A stretch of DNA of 64,000 nucleotides from an uncultured Lachnospiraceae bacterium (GCA_910579425.1 CAJTVL010000016.1:1458-65457), one strand, 5' to 3'. Counted from the stretch's first letter, positions 19,537 through 30,246 are shown. Program-made: numbers and translations. Notes: generated by a model not told the origin, from the letters alone.

Positions 19537-20445
19537 ATGGGAACACTAAAAAACGGAACATTATGGAAGGATGTAAGCGGTGCGCCTCTTCATGCGCACG
19601 GCGGTTACATTATTTTTTATGAAGGATATTATTACTGGTATGGGGAGGACAGGAGGGAAAATTATTACGTGAGCTGTTACCGCTCCCAGAATCTGACGGA
19701 CTGGGAATTTCGCAATCATGTACTTACCACCTGTTCCGAGACGGCAGAGTATCGGGTGAGGACGAAAATCCTGTTAAAAAATGAGGACGGAAGCAAGGTG
19801 AATCTGGAACGGCCAAAGGTGCTGTACAACGATAAGACAGGGAAGTTTGTCATGTGGATTCACTTTGAAAACGGAAAGGATTACAGGGATGCGGCAGTGG
19901 GAATTGCTGTCTGTGATACGCCGGACGGGGACTTTGTGTATCATGGACATTTCAACCCCTACGGCTGTATGTCGCGGGACTGCACCCTTTTCAGGGACGA
20001 TGACGGAACGGCTTATTTCATATCGGCGGCGCGGGATAATGCGGATCTGCATGTTTACCGCCTTACGGATGACTACATGAATGTGGAGGCCCTGGTACAT
20101 AGGCTGTGGCAGGGAGAATACCGGGAGGCGCCGGCGGTGGTTAAAATGAACGGCAAATATTATATGCTCACTTCTTTCTGCACCGGCTGGGCTCCCAACC
20201 AGGGCAAATATGCGGTGGCTGATTCCATGGAGGGAAGATGGAGCGCCCTGAAAGAAATCGGCGATGAGACCACGTACCGGAGCCAGCCGGCATTTATTCT
20301 TCATAAAGACGGGCGGGTTCTTTATTTCGGCGACCGATGGGGCGGAGACGGAGAGAAATATTTTGAATCCGGATATGTGGTTTATCCCCTGAAGGAAGAA
20401 GGGGGCAGGCTTATCATGGAATATGTGGATGAGATAGATATTTAA
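19537..20445 (+). CDS. GH43 protein (GH43_24-like, exo-beta-1,3-galactanase type)
   Basis: HAHGG, YYWYGE, ERPK, SRD, REAP, SQ motifs. Confidence 0.85.
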   Translation: MGTLKNGTLWKDVSGAPLHAHGGYIIFYEGYYYWYGEDRRENYYVSCYRSQNLTDWEFRNHVLTTCSETAEYRVRTKILLKNEDGSKVNLERPKVLYNDKTGKFVMWIHFENGKDYRDAAVGIAVCDTPDGDFVYHGHFNPYGCMSRDCTLFRDDDGTAYFISAARDNADLHVYRLTDDYMNVEALVHRLWQGEYREAPAVVKMNGKYYMLTSFCTGWAPNQGKYAVADSMEGRWSALKEIGDETTYRSQPAFILHKDGRVLYFGDRWGGDGEKYFESGYVVYPLKEEGGRLIMEYVDEIDI

Positions 20446-20461
20446 GGGATGGGGGAGCGGA

Positions 20462-21475
20462 ATGGCAGATATTTATACGGCAGATCATAAGCGTTATGAA
20501 AAGATGGTATATAACAGAGTGGGAAGGAGCGGAATGAAATTTCCGGCAGTTTCCCTGGGCTTCTGGCATAATTTCGGGTCAAAGGATAATTACGATCTTA
20601 TGAAGGCGATGTGCAGGTCGGCTTTCGATCATGGCATTACACAATTTGACCTGGCAAACAATTATGGCCCGGTTTATGGAAGTGCAGAGACGAATCTGGG
20701 CAGGCTTCTGGAGGAAGACTTTGGGCCCTACCGGGATGAGCTGGTGATTACAACAAAAGCCGGGTATGATATGTGGGATGGCCCTTACGGCGATCATGGC
20801 AGCAGGAAGTATTTGATTGCCAGCATTGACCAGAGCCTGAAACGGATGAAGCTGGATTATGTGGATATTTTCTATCACCACCGTATGGATAAGGAAACAC
20901 CCTTAGAGGAGACCATGACTGCCCTGGCGGATATTGTAAGGAGCGGTAAGGCGCTTTATGCGGGAGTGTCCAATTATGACAGAGAATATACGCAAAAGGC
21001 GGCGGAGCTTCTCAGGGAGCTGCATTGTCCTTTTATTGTGAACCAGAGAAGATATTCTATTTTTGACAGGACGATTGAGGAGGACGGGGTAAAGTCCTAT
21101 TGCAAAGAAGCGGGAGTGGGGATTATTGCATTCAGCCCCTTGGCCCAGGGGATGCTGACAGATAAATATCTGCACGGTATACCGCAGGACAGCCGTATTG
21201 CGAAGGATCCAAGATTTTTACATGCCGCCGACCTGACCGAGAACAGGCTGGAACAGATCAGACGTTTGAATGAACTGGCCGGGCAGCGGGGGCAGACACT
21301 GGCGCAGATGGCGCTCTCCTGGGTGCTGAAGGATGACGAAGTATGTTCTGTACTGATTGGCGCATCGAAACCGGAACAGATCGTGGAGAATATTACTGTG
21401 GCGGAGCATGCGGATTTTACGGAAGAGGAATTGAAGAAGATAGAGGAAATTTCGTCTTCTCAGGGTGGAAATTGA
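20462..21475 (+). CDS. aldo/keto reductase (YghZ/Gpr-like)
   Basis: SLGFWHNFG, FDLANNYGP, TKAGYDMW, FSPLAQG. Confidence 0.93.
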   Translation: MADIYTADHKRYEKMVYNRVGRSGMKFPAVSLGFWHNFGSKDNYDLMKAMCRSAFDHGITQFDLANNYGPVYGSAETNLGRLLEEDFGPYRDELVITTKAGYDMWDGPYGDHGSRKYLIASIDQSLKRMKLDYVDIFYHHRMDKETPLEETMTALADIVRSGKALYAGVSNYDREYTQKAAELLRELHCPFIVNQRRYSIFDRTIEEDGVKSYCKEAGVGIIAFSPLAQGMLTDKYLHGIPQDSRIAKDPRFLHAADLTENRLEQIRRLNELAGQRGQTLAQMALSWVLKDDEVCSVLIGASKPEQIVENITVAEHADFTEEELKKIEEISSSQGGN

Positions 21476-21490
21476 TGGGAGAGATGCCGG

Positions 21491-22177
21491 ATGATACAGT
21501 TTATGGAAAAGGGCAGGCTGGTGACGGTATGGCCAAGCCTCAAAGAGGACAGGCCGGTTGTGTATCTGAATACGTTTGAGGACGAGGGGGAGCGGGTGTA
21601 TAAGGAATTGGGGACGGAGCCGGCCTCGGATTTCACCCTTGTGGCGATCAGCGGGCTCGACTGGAACCATGACATGGCCCCGTGGGATATTCCGACGATT
21701 TTTGAGGGCGATACCGCCTGTACCGGAGGCGCGGATGATTATCTGGGGCTTTTGATGGGAGAGATCATGCCCAGGGCAGAAAAGGAAGTCCGGGGCAGGG
21801 TTCTGTGGAGGGGGATTGCCGGATATTCCCTTGCGGGATTGTTCGCGGTGTATTCCCTTTACCGGACGGAGGTTTTTTCCAGGGCGGCCAGCATGTCCGG
21901 TTCCCTCTGGTTCCCGGGTTTTTGGGAGTATGTCGTTTCCCATGAGCTGAAAAGGGAGCCGGAGTGTATTTACTTTTCCCTGGGAGATCGGGAATGCAGG
22001 ACAGGGAACCCTTATTTAAGAGTTGTGCAGGAGCGCACGGAGGAGATAGAGGCTTTTTACCGGGGAAAAGGGATGGATACCGTATTTCAGAGCAATCCGG
22101 GCGGGCACGGGAAAAATACAGTCAGAAGGACGGCGGCGGGTATTGCCTGGATCTTGGCGGCCTGCCAGAGGAACTGA
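21491..22177 (+). CDS. alpha/beta hydrolase (putative esterase)
   Basis: GYSLAG nucleophile elbow, SGSLW, PGGH. Confidence 0.85.
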   Translation: MIQFMEKGRLVTVWPSLKEDRPVVYLNTFEDEGERVYKELGTEPASDFTLVAISGLDWNHDMAPWDIPTIFEGDTACTGGADDYLGLLMGEIMPRAEKEVRGRVLWRGIAGYSLAGLFAVYSLYRTEVFSRAASMSGSLWFPGFWEYVVSHELKREPECIYFSLGDRECRTGNPYLRVVQERTEEIEAFYRGKGMDTVFQSNPGGHGKNTVRRTAAGIAWILAACQRN

Positions 22178-22186
22178 ATAAAAGAT

Positions 22187-22234
22187 AAGCTGAAAACAGG
22201 AAGGGAGTCTGTTTCTCTTTCAGTTTTTCAGCTT
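22187..22234. terminator. bidirectional terminator between convergent genes
   Basis: AAGCTGAAAA...TTTTCAGCTT stem between stops at 22177 and 22234. Confidence 0.6.
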
Positions 22235-22566
22235 TATTGGTTTAATTCATTAACAAAGGTATTTTCATAATCCTGGAGTTGATGGTATATGGCTTCTACA
22301 TAAGCGGTTACGCCTTCTATCCGATAGAGCATGAGATAGCGGTGTCGCATGAAATGAATGATGCGGTATCCGTTTCTTTTCAGCTGAGGGTGAGTACAAA
22401 ATTTCAGGCTGCCAGCGATTTTAGAAAGCTGATTCCGTGTTTCAATAGCATCCTGCCATACATTATAAGCAGCCTGGTCATTCAGCAAGGTGTACTGTAG
22501 GTAATCAATATAGTCGTTTAGCTGGGACAGTGCTTTTGGTGAAATGATTACGTCAAATGAATCCAT
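22234..22566 (-). CDS. type II TA toxin, RelE/ParE family
   Basis: VIISPKALSQLNDYIDY...YRII...YLMLYRI...VEAIYH; overlaps the upstream small gene. Confidence 0.8.
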   Translation of the reverse strand: MDSFDVIISPKALSQLNDYIDYLQYTLLNDQAAYNVWQDAIETRNQLSKIAGSLKFCTHPQLKRNGYRIIHFMRHRYLMLYRIEGVTAYVEAIYHQLQDYENTFVNELNQ

Positions 22567-22795
22567 GCTGTTTTCCCATCCTGTTTAGTGCATCCTCCAT
22601 ATCAAGCCCCTTTCCCTCGGAAATCTGCTGGCGCGACTCGGTAAGGTCGGAAAGGATATGTTCCTGGCTGACCGGGACAAATGGATTTGCGGGTTTTCTG
22701 GAAGTGAACAGCTTCTGTGTGAATTCCATAACCTTGATTCTTGCATCTTCCGGCATTGCTTCCAGCATGGAAACGGTTGCGTCTAAAGTACTCAT
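22553..22795 (-). CDS. cognate antitoxin
   Basis: 80-aa protein directly upstream of and overlapping the toxin; GAGAGGAG RBS. Confidence 0.7.
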   Translation of the reverse strand: MSTLDATVSMLEAMPEDARIKVMEFTQKLFTSRKPANPFVPVSQEHILSDLTESRQQISEGKGLDMEDALNRMGKQHGFI

Positions 22796-22917
22796 GGGAA
22801 AGTCTCCTCTCATGATTAGAATCTGTAGGAAAAGTATTTCTTGCTATGAATAGATTATACATGAAAAAGGGGTTGGAATCAATACAGGGAATCTTACTCC
22901 TCAGAATAAAATTTCAG

Positions 22918-22946
22918 TTGACAAAACCGCCGCTTTTGAATATGCT
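22918..22946 (+). promoter_or_regulatory. sigma-A promoter of cysE-cysS operon
   Basis: TTGACA-17 nt-TATGCT upstream of the T-box leader. Confidence 0.7.
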
Positions 22947-22999
22947 GATACTATAAAAGTTTTTAACGATTCTGATCGGTTACAGACCGTGATATAGTA

Positions 23000-23315
23000 A
23001 GAAATGCAGGGAACGGAAAGAGTATATTACCCGTATCTGCCCAGAGAGGGAATGCCGGCGGCTGGAAGCATTCCTGCGGATCGAGAATAGAAGTGCATCC
23101 GGGAGCAGGTTCTTTGAAGGGCAGTCAGTATGTAAGCGGCGCCTGGTAGCAGAACACGTTTTTCACACGTTACGTGATTGGAACGGCATGGCAGACAAAA
23201 GATGCCCCGGCAGGGACGGTTTGCGGCTGCTTCCGATGAGTGGAGGCCAAGAGGCCTCTAATAGAGTGGAACCGCGGATAACTTCGTCTCTAAATTGGGA
23301 GACGGAGTTTTTTTG
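23000..23315 (+). ncRNA. T-box riboswitch, cysteine specifier
   Basis: AGAGA and GCTG stem I motifs, UGC specifier at 23094-23096, T-box AATAGAGTGGAACCGCG at 23260-23276, terminator hairpin plus U-tract 23282-23314; precedes cysE/cysS. Confidence 0.93.
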
Positions 23316-23368
23316 TGCTCAGGCCCGTATAAGGAAATTTTGAAAACCGATCAGACTAAGGAGCAATC

Positions 23369-24121
23369 GTGGGAATGATTAAGAATTTAAAGGAAGAGAT
23401 CGCCATCATCAGGCAGAGAGATCCGGCCATCCATTCCTCCATGGAGGTTTTGCTGTATCCCAGCTTTAAGGTTATGCTGCATTACCGGCTGGCCCATAAG
23501 CTGTACCTGAAAAAGCATTATTTTCTGGCCAGATGGGTATCCCAGCGGGGAGTGAGGAAGACGGGCATTGAGATCCATCCCGGCGCGCAGATCGGGAAGG
23601 GATTTTTCATTGACCACGGAAACGGCGTCATTATAGGAGAGACTACCATCATCGGCGACAATGTGACCCTGTACCAGGGGGTAACCCTTGGGGGAACCGG
23701 AAAGGAGCAGGGAAAAAGGCACCCGACCATCGGCAACAACGTGATGATCAGCGCGGGGGCCAAGGTGCTTGGTTCCTTTACCATAGGAGACAACTCCAAG
23801 ATAGGGGCAGGAAGCGTGGTGCTTGAGGAGGTGCCGCCGGGTTCTACCGTGGTGGGTGTGCCGGGGCGGGTGGTGAAGCGCGCCAACATGGCTCTTCCCC
23901 AGGAGGAGCTGGATCAGGTCAATCTGCCGGATCCCATCAAGGAGGATTTGAACATCCTGCATCATGCCAACACAGAGCTTACCAACTCTCTGATTGACTT
24001 GGACAGAGAGCTGAGGGAGATGAAAAACAAATGCGGCAAAAGGCCTCAGTGCCAGATGTGCCGCCAATACGACGAAAGGCCCGAAGAGGCCCGGAAAAAA
24101 CAGGGAAAGGAGCATGGATGA
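23369..24121 (+). CDS. cysE: serine O-acetyltransferase
   Basis: [23 protein letters not shown]...KRHPTIG hexapeptide repeats. Confidence 0.96.
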   Translation: MGMIKNLKEEIAIIRQRDPAIHSSMEVLLYPSFKVMLHYRLAHKLYLKKHYFLARWVSQRGVRKTGIEIHPGAQIGKGFFIDHGNGVIIGETTIIGDNVTLYQGVTLGGTGKEQGKRHPTIGNNVMISAGAKVLGSFTIGDNSKIGAGSVVLEEVPPGSTVVGVPGRVVKRANMALPQEELDQVNLPDPIKEDLNILHHANTELTNSLIDLDRELREMKNKCGKRPQCQMCRQYDERPEEARKKQGKEHG

Positions 24122-25533
24122 ATATGAAAATTTACAACACACTTTCGGGAAGAAAAGAAGAGTTTAAGCCCTTAGAGGAGGGCAGGGTTAAGATGTACGT
24201 GTGCGGGCCCACCGTCTATAATCTGATCCATATCGGAAACGCCCGCCCCATGATTTTGTTTGACACGGTGCGCCGGTATATGGAATATAAGGGCTATGAG
24301 GTAAACTATGTGTCCAACTTTACCGATGTGGATGACAAGATCATCAAAAAGGCAATGGAGGAGGGAGTGGATGCCTCCGTGATCTCCGAGCGCTATATTG
24401 CCGAGTGCAAAAAAGACATGGAGGCCATGAACGTGAAGCCGGCCACCGTCCATCCCAAAGCCACCCAGGAGATCGGCGGCATGCTGGAGATGATAAGCAC
24501 CCTGATTGAAAAAGGCCATGCTTACAAAGCGCAGGACGGAACCGTCTATTTCCGTACCAGAAGCTTTCAGGGCTATGGAAAGCTTTCCCACAAAAATCTG
24601 GACGATCTTCAGGGCGGAAACCGTTCCCTTTTAGTGACAGGGGAAGATCAAAAGGAGGATCCCCTGGATTTCGTCTTGTGGAAGCCCAAGAAGGAAGGGG
24701 AACCCTACTGGGAGTCGCCCTGGTGCCAGGGACGTCCGGGATGGCATATTGAGTGTTCCGTGATGAGCAAAAAGTATTTGGGAGAGGAGATCGACATCCA
24801 TGCCGGGGGCGAAGATCTGGTGTTCCCCCATCACGAAAATGAGATTGCCCAGTCGGAGGCTGCCAATGAGAAGCCTTTTGCAAGATACTGGATGCACAAT
24901 GCCTTTTTAAATATCAATAACCACAAAATGTCCAAGTCCCTGGGAAATTTCTTTACCGTAAGGGACGTGAGCGAAAAATACGATTTGCAGGTGCTGCGCT
25001 TTTTCATGCTTTCCGCCCATTACAGGAGCCCCTTGAATTTCAGTGAAGAGCTGATGGAGGCGGCAGGCAGCGGCTACGAGCGGATTGTAAACGGAGTCGG
25101 CAACTTAAATTATTTGCTGGAAAATTCCAAATCTGATAAAATAAGTGAGGAGGAACAGGCGCTCCTGAAAGAGGCGGAGAGTTACAGGGTGAAATTTGAG
25201 CAGGCCATGGAGGACGACTTTAACACGGCGGACGCCTTAGCGGCCATCTTTGAGCTGGTGAAGTTTGCAAATTCCCATGCGGATGCGGAGAAAAGCGCCC
25301 CCTTCCTTGGAAGCCTTAAAGAAGAAATCCTGAAGCTTTCGGATATTTGCGGTTTGATCGTTGAGAAAAAGCCGGAGCTTTTGGAGGAAGATATAGAAGC
25401 CCTGATCAAAGAAAGGCAGGAAGCAAGAAAGGCGAAAAACTTCGGCCGTGCGGACGAGATCAGAAAAGAGCTGCTGGATAGGGGAATTATTTTGGAGGAT
25501 ACCCGAGAGGGAGTTAAATGGAAGAGAGCATAA
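24118..25533 (+). CDS. cysS: cysteine--tRNA ligase
   Basis: [26 protein letters not shown]; start could be 24124. Confidence 0.98.
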   Translation: MNMKIYNTLSGRKEEFKPLEEGRVKMYVCGPTVYNLIHIGNARPMILFDTVRRYMEYKGYEVNYVSNFTDVDDKIIKKAMEEGVDASVISERYIAECKKDMEAMNVKPATVHPKATQEIGGMLEMISTLIEKGHAYKAQDGTVYFRTRSFQGYGKLSHKNLDDLQGGNRSLLVTGEDQKEDPLDFVLWKPKKEGEPYWESPWCQGRPGWHIECSVMSKKYLGEEIDIHAGGEDLVFPHHENEIAQSEAANEKPFARYWMHNAFLNINNHKMSKSLGNFFTVRDVSEKYDLQVLRFFMLSAHYRSPLNFSEELMEAAGSGYERIVNGVGNLNYLLENSKSDKISEEEQALLKEAESYRVKFEQAMEDDFNTADALAAIFELVKFANSHADAEKSAPFLGSLKEEILKLSDICGLIVEKKPELLEEDIEALIKERQEARKAKNFGRADEIRKELLDRGIILEDTREGVKWKRA

Positions 25534-25949
25534 GTTTACTTTCAATGATCAAAAAGAGTTTTGCGTTAAAAGAGGTGGATATCAGGACATATTCACCTCT
25601 TGCCCTTGCTTATATGGGAGACGCGGTGTATGATCTGGTATTCCGTACGGCGGTGGTGCAAAAGGGCAATACCTCGGCCCATAAGCTTCATATCCAGGCC
25701 ACCCGGTATGTGAAAGCGCCGGCCCAGGCCGAGCTGGCGGATGCCATCATAGAAAAGCTTACGGCCCAGGAGTTTGCGGTGTATAAAAGAGGAAAAAATG
25801 CAAAGCCTTATACTATGGCAAAAAATGCCACCCTGGCAGAATACAAGAAAGCAACCGGCTTAGAGGCCCTGGTGGGGTATTTGTATCTGACGGATCAGAT
25901 GGAAAGAGCGCTTTGCCTGATACAGACAGGGCTGGAAAGATTAAAATGA
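25518..25949 (+). CDS. mrnC: Mini-ribonuclease III
   Basis: LAYMGDAVYDL, ATGLEALVGYLYL; canonical position after cysS. Confidence 0.93.
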   Translation: MEESISLLSMIKKSFALKEVDIRTYSPLALAYMGDAVYDLVFRTAVVQKGNTSAHKLHIQATRYVKAPAQAELADAIIEKLTAQEFAVYKRGKNAKPYTMAKNATLAEYKKATGLEALVGYLYLTDQMERALCLIQTGLERLK

Positions 25950-26767
25950 GCCGGAAGCGGATTGAGGAAAAGGAAATGAACGAGCAGAAAAATCAAAGAA
26001 AAGGACCTCTTATAGATGAAACGTTTACAGAGGAATCCTTCATAGAAGGACGCAATGCAGTCATCGAGGCCCTGCGCGCAGGCCGGGCAATGGAGAAGCT
26101 TTATATCCAGGACGGCATTCAGGACGGCCCTGTGCAGACCATCAAACGGGAGGCGAGAAAGCGAGAGATCGTCATAAAGTATGTGACAAAGCAGCGGCTG
26201 GATCAGATGACGGCGACCGGCAGGCATCAGGGTGTAATTGCCGTGGGGGCAGCCTATGAATACGGGACGGTGGAGGATATGATGCGCCTGGCAGAGGAAA
26301 AGGGGGAAGCGCCTTTTTTGTTTCTTTTGGATAATATTGAGGATCCCCACAATCTGGGAGCAATTATCCGGACGGCAAACCTTTGCGGGGCCCATGGGGT
26401 GATCATCCCCAAAAACCGTGCGGCGCACCTTACCGCTGTGGTGGCCAGGGCCTCTGCGGGGGCACTGAATTATACGCCGGTGGCAAGGGTCACAAACCTT
26501 GCAAGAACCATTGAGGAGCTGAAAGAAAAAGGGCTCTGGTTCGTGTGTGCGGATATGGACGGAACCCTTATGTACGACCTGAAGCTGACAGGCCCCATGG
26601 GCCTGGTAATCGGAAGCGAGGGGGAGGGCGTGGGCAGGCTGGTAAAGGAGAAATGTGATATGACTGCCGCCATTCCCATGAAGGGAAACATAGATTCTTT
26701 AAATGCCTCTGTGGCCGCCGGGGTGCTGGGCTATGAGATTGTGCGGCAGAGGCTGAAGCTGTCGTAA
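25946..26767 (+). CDS. rlmB: 23S rRNA (Gm2251) 2'-O-methyltransferase, TrmH family
   Basis: EGRNAV, HQGV, DPHNLGAIIRT, GSEGEG, SLNASVA. Confidence 0.95.
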   Translation: MSRKRIEEKEMNEQKNQRKGPLIDETFTEESFIEGRNAVIEALRAGRAMEKLYIQDGIQDGPVQTIKREARKREIVIKYVTKQRLDQMTATGRHQGVIAVGAAYEYGTVEDMMRLAEEKGEAPFLFLLDNIEDPHNLGAIIRTANLCGAHGVIIPKNRAAHLTAVVARASAGALNYTPVARVTNLARTIEELKEKGLWFVCADMDGTLMYDLKLTGPMGLVIGSEGEGVGRLVKEKCDMTAAIPMKGNIDSLNASVAAGVLGYEIVRQRLKLS

Positions 26768-26792
26768 GAGTCAGTATGATACGGGGAATATT

Positions 26793-28196
26793 ATGGGAAA
26801 AATAAACAGGGCTTTGTTAATGCTGATTGCCATGGGAGCGATTATGCTGGCCGCGGTGGGAGTTGACAGAGGAATGCAGTTTTTTGAGCATCAGAGGCTG
26901 GAAGCGGAAAGGGTGGCAAGATATGAGCAGGCATATGCGGATGTCGCCGACATAGAAATGACCATCAGCCAGTTGGCCCGGGATCAAAAGGCAATTGAGG
27001 CATATCTGGAAGAGCACAGAGAATATTTTGATGATATGGCAAATGCTGCAGGAGACGTTCCCGAAAACGGGACAGACGGTGTTTCTGCCAATGCGGCAGG
27101 TGATGTCTCCGGAAACGGGGCGGGCGGTGTTTCTGCCAATGCGGCAGGCGATGTCTCCGGAAACGGGACGGGCGGTGTTTCTGCCAATACGATAGGAGGC
27201 GGTCTGGCAGACGGGATACAGGATATATCCGGAAACGGGATGACCGGTATTTATGCCGAAGGAATCTTTCAGGTATCCGGCAACGAGCTTTGGAGTGTGG
27301 ATGGAGCTTATAAGTGGGATCCGGATCAGGAGGTCTGGAGGGATGTTTCGGGAAATATCGTGACTCCCCTTCTGGCAGGGGAGGATCAGACCATTGAGGA
27401 TATCCCTCTGCAGGAAGAGCAGGGGCAGAATAAAGAGCTGACCCTTACCGAGCGACGAAAAATCCGTGGTTCCTATATGGAGACCCGGATGCAGAATAAG
27501 CTGGATCAGGAGTTGATTGCCCAAAAGACGGTAGATTTTTCCGGCATTTCCATCGCCTGTCTGGGAGACAGTATCACGGAAGCGGCGAACCTGAGTGATC
27601 AGGAGAATTATAAACAGTATGCTTATCCGGCCAGACTGAAGGAGAAATTAGGGGCTGAGAATGTGGTCAATTTAGGGATCGGCGGTTCTTCCATCGGAAG
27701 ATACTGGGAAAATGCTTTTGTGGACAGATACAGGGAGATACCGCAGGATACGGATTTGATTCTGGTGATGGGCGGCACCAATGACGGCTTTTGCATGAAT
27801 CAGGAAGAGCTTGGAACCATGCAGGAGCGCAAGCCGCGAACCTTTATCGGCGATTTGGACGAGCTGCTCAAGGGACTTAAAGAAAATTACCCCCAGGCAA
27901 AGGTAGTGCTGGTAACGCCTCTTCCCAATGTGCTCCATGACATTTTGAGGAAGGAAAGAGATTATCTTCTGCCCCAGAAAACCATTGTAAGCACCATGAA
28001 GACACTGGCCGGAGAGTATGGGATACCGGTGATTGATCTTTACAACTCCAATATACTGGACACCCATGACGCCGCGGTGATCTACAACTATATGCCGGAC
28101 GGCGTGCATTGCAATGCGGACGGCTACACCCTGCTGGCAGAGCATCTCGGGGCAGAATTAATCCGCCTGTATCAGGACGGGGAAGATGGGAGGTAG
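26793..28196 (+). CDS. membrane-anchored SGNH/GDSL hydrolase with repeat linker
   Basis: N-terminal TM; CLGDSIT, GGTND, DGVH. Confidence 0.85.
   Translation: MGKINRALLMLIAMGAIMLAAVGVDRGMQFFEHQRLEAERVARYEQAYADVADIEMTISQLARDQKAIEAYLEEHREYFDDMANAAGDVPENGTDGVSANAAGDVSGNGAGGVSANAAGDVSGNGTGGVSANTIGGGLADGIQDISGNGMTGIYAEGIFQVSGNELWSVDGAYKWDPDQEVWRDVSGNIVTPLLAGEDQTIEDIPLQEEQGQNKELTLTERRKIRGSYMETRMQNKLDQELIAQKTVDFSGISIACLGDSITEAANLSDQENYKQYAYPARLKEKLGAENVVNLGIGGSSIGRYWENAFVDRYREIPQDTDLILVMGGTNDGFCMNQEELGTMQERKPRTFIGDLDELLKGLKENYPQAKVVLVTPLPNVLHDILRKERDYLLPQKTIVSTMKTLAGEYGIPVIDLYNSNILDTHDAAVIYNYMPDGVHCNADGYTLLAEHLGAELIRLYQDGEDGR
27039..27188 (+). repeat. 48-bp in-frame tandem repeat (about 3 copies)
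   Basis: ANAAGDV(P/S)(E/G)NG(T/A)(D/G)GVS x3. Confidence 0.9.
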
Positions 28197-28292
28197 TTGG
28201 GATATTATATTGCCCTAAGAAGATGAAGGAGTCATGTTGCACCTTTTTTCCACCCATGATATACTACAAGTAAAAGGAAAGGAGATGGTAAA

Positions 28293-28580
28293 ATGCACAT
28301 CAGGAAAATCCTTATGACAGGAGCCGCAGGCCTTGTATTGTCAGCATTCATGGTAGTTCCGGTTTCAGCACACGGACATCATTACCAGAGCAGAAGCGAG
28401 ACCAGCTATAGCTACCCGGTATGCACAGTAGAAGACTGTACAGAAGAAGGATGTCATCTTCACGACGGCGAATACTATTGCGGCTATGATCATGAGGATG
28501 GTTACTGTGATGGCACTTGTCGGCCTGTGAGACGTTCCGCATCAGGGGGACATCATGGCAGAAGAGGCGGATGCCATTAA
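28293..28580 (+). CDS. small secreted His/Cys-rich protein
   Basis: AAGGAG RBS, signal peptide ending VSA, 7 Cys and many His in the mature part; terminator follows. Confidence 0.75.
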   Translation: MHIRKILMTGAAGLVLSAFMVVPVSAHGHHYQSRSETSYSYPVCTVEDCTEEGCHLHDGEYYCGYDHEDGYCDGTCRPVRRSASGGHHGRRGGCH

Positions 28581-28600
28581 AGGTATGATGAACAGACGGT

Positions 28601-28632
28601 AGGCAGACAGCGCTCAAATGCGCTGTCTGTTT
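28601..28632 (+). terminator. intrinsic terminator
   Basis: CAGACAGCGC-TCAAAT-GCGCTGTCTG followed by T. Confidence 0.65.
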
Positions 28633-28662
28633 GATTAACCGAAAAAACGGAGATTTCATTTT

Positions 28663-30246
28663 ATGGGAAAACGGTTTAATACAACAGGAATATGCTATCC
28701 TGATGAGCATTATATGGTAAATATGCAGGACCGTCTGAGGGATATTGAAACCATGGTGGCCGCCGGTGAGTATTTTACAATCAACAGAGCCAGGCAATAT
28801 GGTAAGACCACACTGCTGAATCTCTTAGAAGAGAAGCTTGCACATGAATATACGGTGCTGTCCATTAGCTTTGAAGGAATGGGCAATGACGCCTATGTCT
28901 CTGAGAGTGCCTTTTGTCAGAGTATATGCAGGCTTTTAGCCCGGATGGTTTACTATAAAGACAAAAAAGACATGCCTCCGCTTTTGGCAGAAAGGCTGAA
29001 GCTGATCAAAAGCGAAGGGACGGATATGATTGGTCTGTCCGATTTATTCTCGGAACTTTGCGGTCAGATGAAAAGACCGGTTATCCTTATCATCGACGAA
29101 GTGGATCAGGCAAGTGACAAAGAGGTGTTTCTGTCTTTTCTTGGGATGCTTCGGGACAAGTATCTGCAAAGAAAAAAGCTTCCTGCGTTTCAGACCGTTA
29201 TTTTAGCCAGCGTATATGATATTAAAAATTTGAAGCTGAAGGTAAGGCCGCAGTCAGAGCATCATTATAACAGCCCCTGGAATATCGCGTGCGATTTTGG
29301 CATTGACATGAGTTTTTCGGCAGAGGATATTGCAGGTATGCTGGAGGAATATGAACGGGATTACCATACCCAGATGGACGTCAGGGGCATAGCGGAACTG
29401 ATCTGCGATTATACCTGCGGATATCCTTTTCTTGTATCCCGTCTCTGTAAAATTGCTGATGAGAGAATCTCAGTCCGGGCCGGGTTTTCGAAAAGCACGG
29501 CATGGACTCATAGCGGGATCGTAGAGGCAGTGAAGGAACTGCTGGCAGAAACCAATACCCTGTTTGACGATATGATAAAAAAGACGGAGGACTTTCCGGA
29601 GCTGAAAAAAACGCTTTACGCCATTTTATTCCGCGGGGAGATAATTCCTTACAATTCCGATTATTACGTGCTGAACACAGGTATTTTGTTTGGTTTTTTA
29701 AAAAATAAGGATGGCATTGTAGCGGTGGCGAACCGGATCTTTGAGACGAGATTTTATAATTTGTTCCTGGCAGAAGAACTATTGGACAGTAAAATATATA
29801 AAGCCGGGGCAATGGAGAAAAGTCTGTTTGTGGAGAACGGACAGCTCAATATGGAGCTGGTTCTGGAGAAATTCACAGAGGCGTTTACAGATATTTATTC
29901 CGGTATGGATGAGCCGTTTCTGGAAGAAAACGGACGCCGGCTTTTCCTTCTCTATTTGAAACCGATTATTAATGGCGTAGGCAATTACTATATTGAAGCC
30001 CGGACAAGAGATATGGGGCGGACAGATGTGATTATTGATTATAGAGGAAAACAGTATGTCTGTGAACTTAAAATATGGCGTGGAAACGCCTATCGCAGGC
30101 GTGGGCAAAGGCAGCTTTTGGAATATCTGGACAGTTACCACCTGACGGTGGGATATATGCTTAGTTTTAATTTTAACCGGAATAAGCAGGTTGGCGTTAA
30201 GAAGATATGGATGAATGAAAAGCTGTTGATAGAAGCGGTGGTCTGA
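28663..30246 (+). CDS. AAA-like ATPase with C-terminal PD-(D/E)xK-type nuclease domain
   Basis: RARQYGKTT Walker A, LIIDEVD Walker B, E..T...RTDVIIDY...ELKIW...QLLEYL. Confidence 0.85.
   Translation: MGKRFNTTGICYPDEHYMVNMQDRLRDIETMVAAGEYFTINRARQYGKTTLLNLLEEKLAHEYTVLSISFEGMGNDAYVSESAFCQSICRLLARMVYYKDKKDMPPLLAERLKLIKSEGTDMIGLSDLFSELCGQMKRPVILIIDEVDQASDKEVFLSFLGMLRDKYLQRKKLPAFQTVILASVYDIKNLKLKVRPQSEHHYNSPWNIACDFGIDMSFSAEDIAGMLEEYERDYHTQMDVRGIAELICDYTCGYPFLVSRLCKIADERISVRAGFSKSTAWTHSGIVEAVKELLAETNTLFDDMIKKTEDFPELKKTLYAILFRGEIIPYNSDYYVLNTGILFGFLKNKDGIVAVANRIFETRFYNLFLAEELLDSKIYKAGAMEKSLFVENGQLNMELVLEKFTEAFTDIYSGMDEPFLEENGRRLFLLYLKPIINGVGNYYIEARTRDMGRTDVIIDYRGKQYVCELKIWRGNAYRRRGQRQLLEYLDSYHLTVGYMLSFNFNRNKQVGVKKIWMNEKLLIEAVV

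Noticed and set aside
28663..30246. AAA-nuclease as a novel defence system
   Set aside because: Stand-alone member of a family that is widespread and multi-copy in Clostridia; no partner genes or island context here
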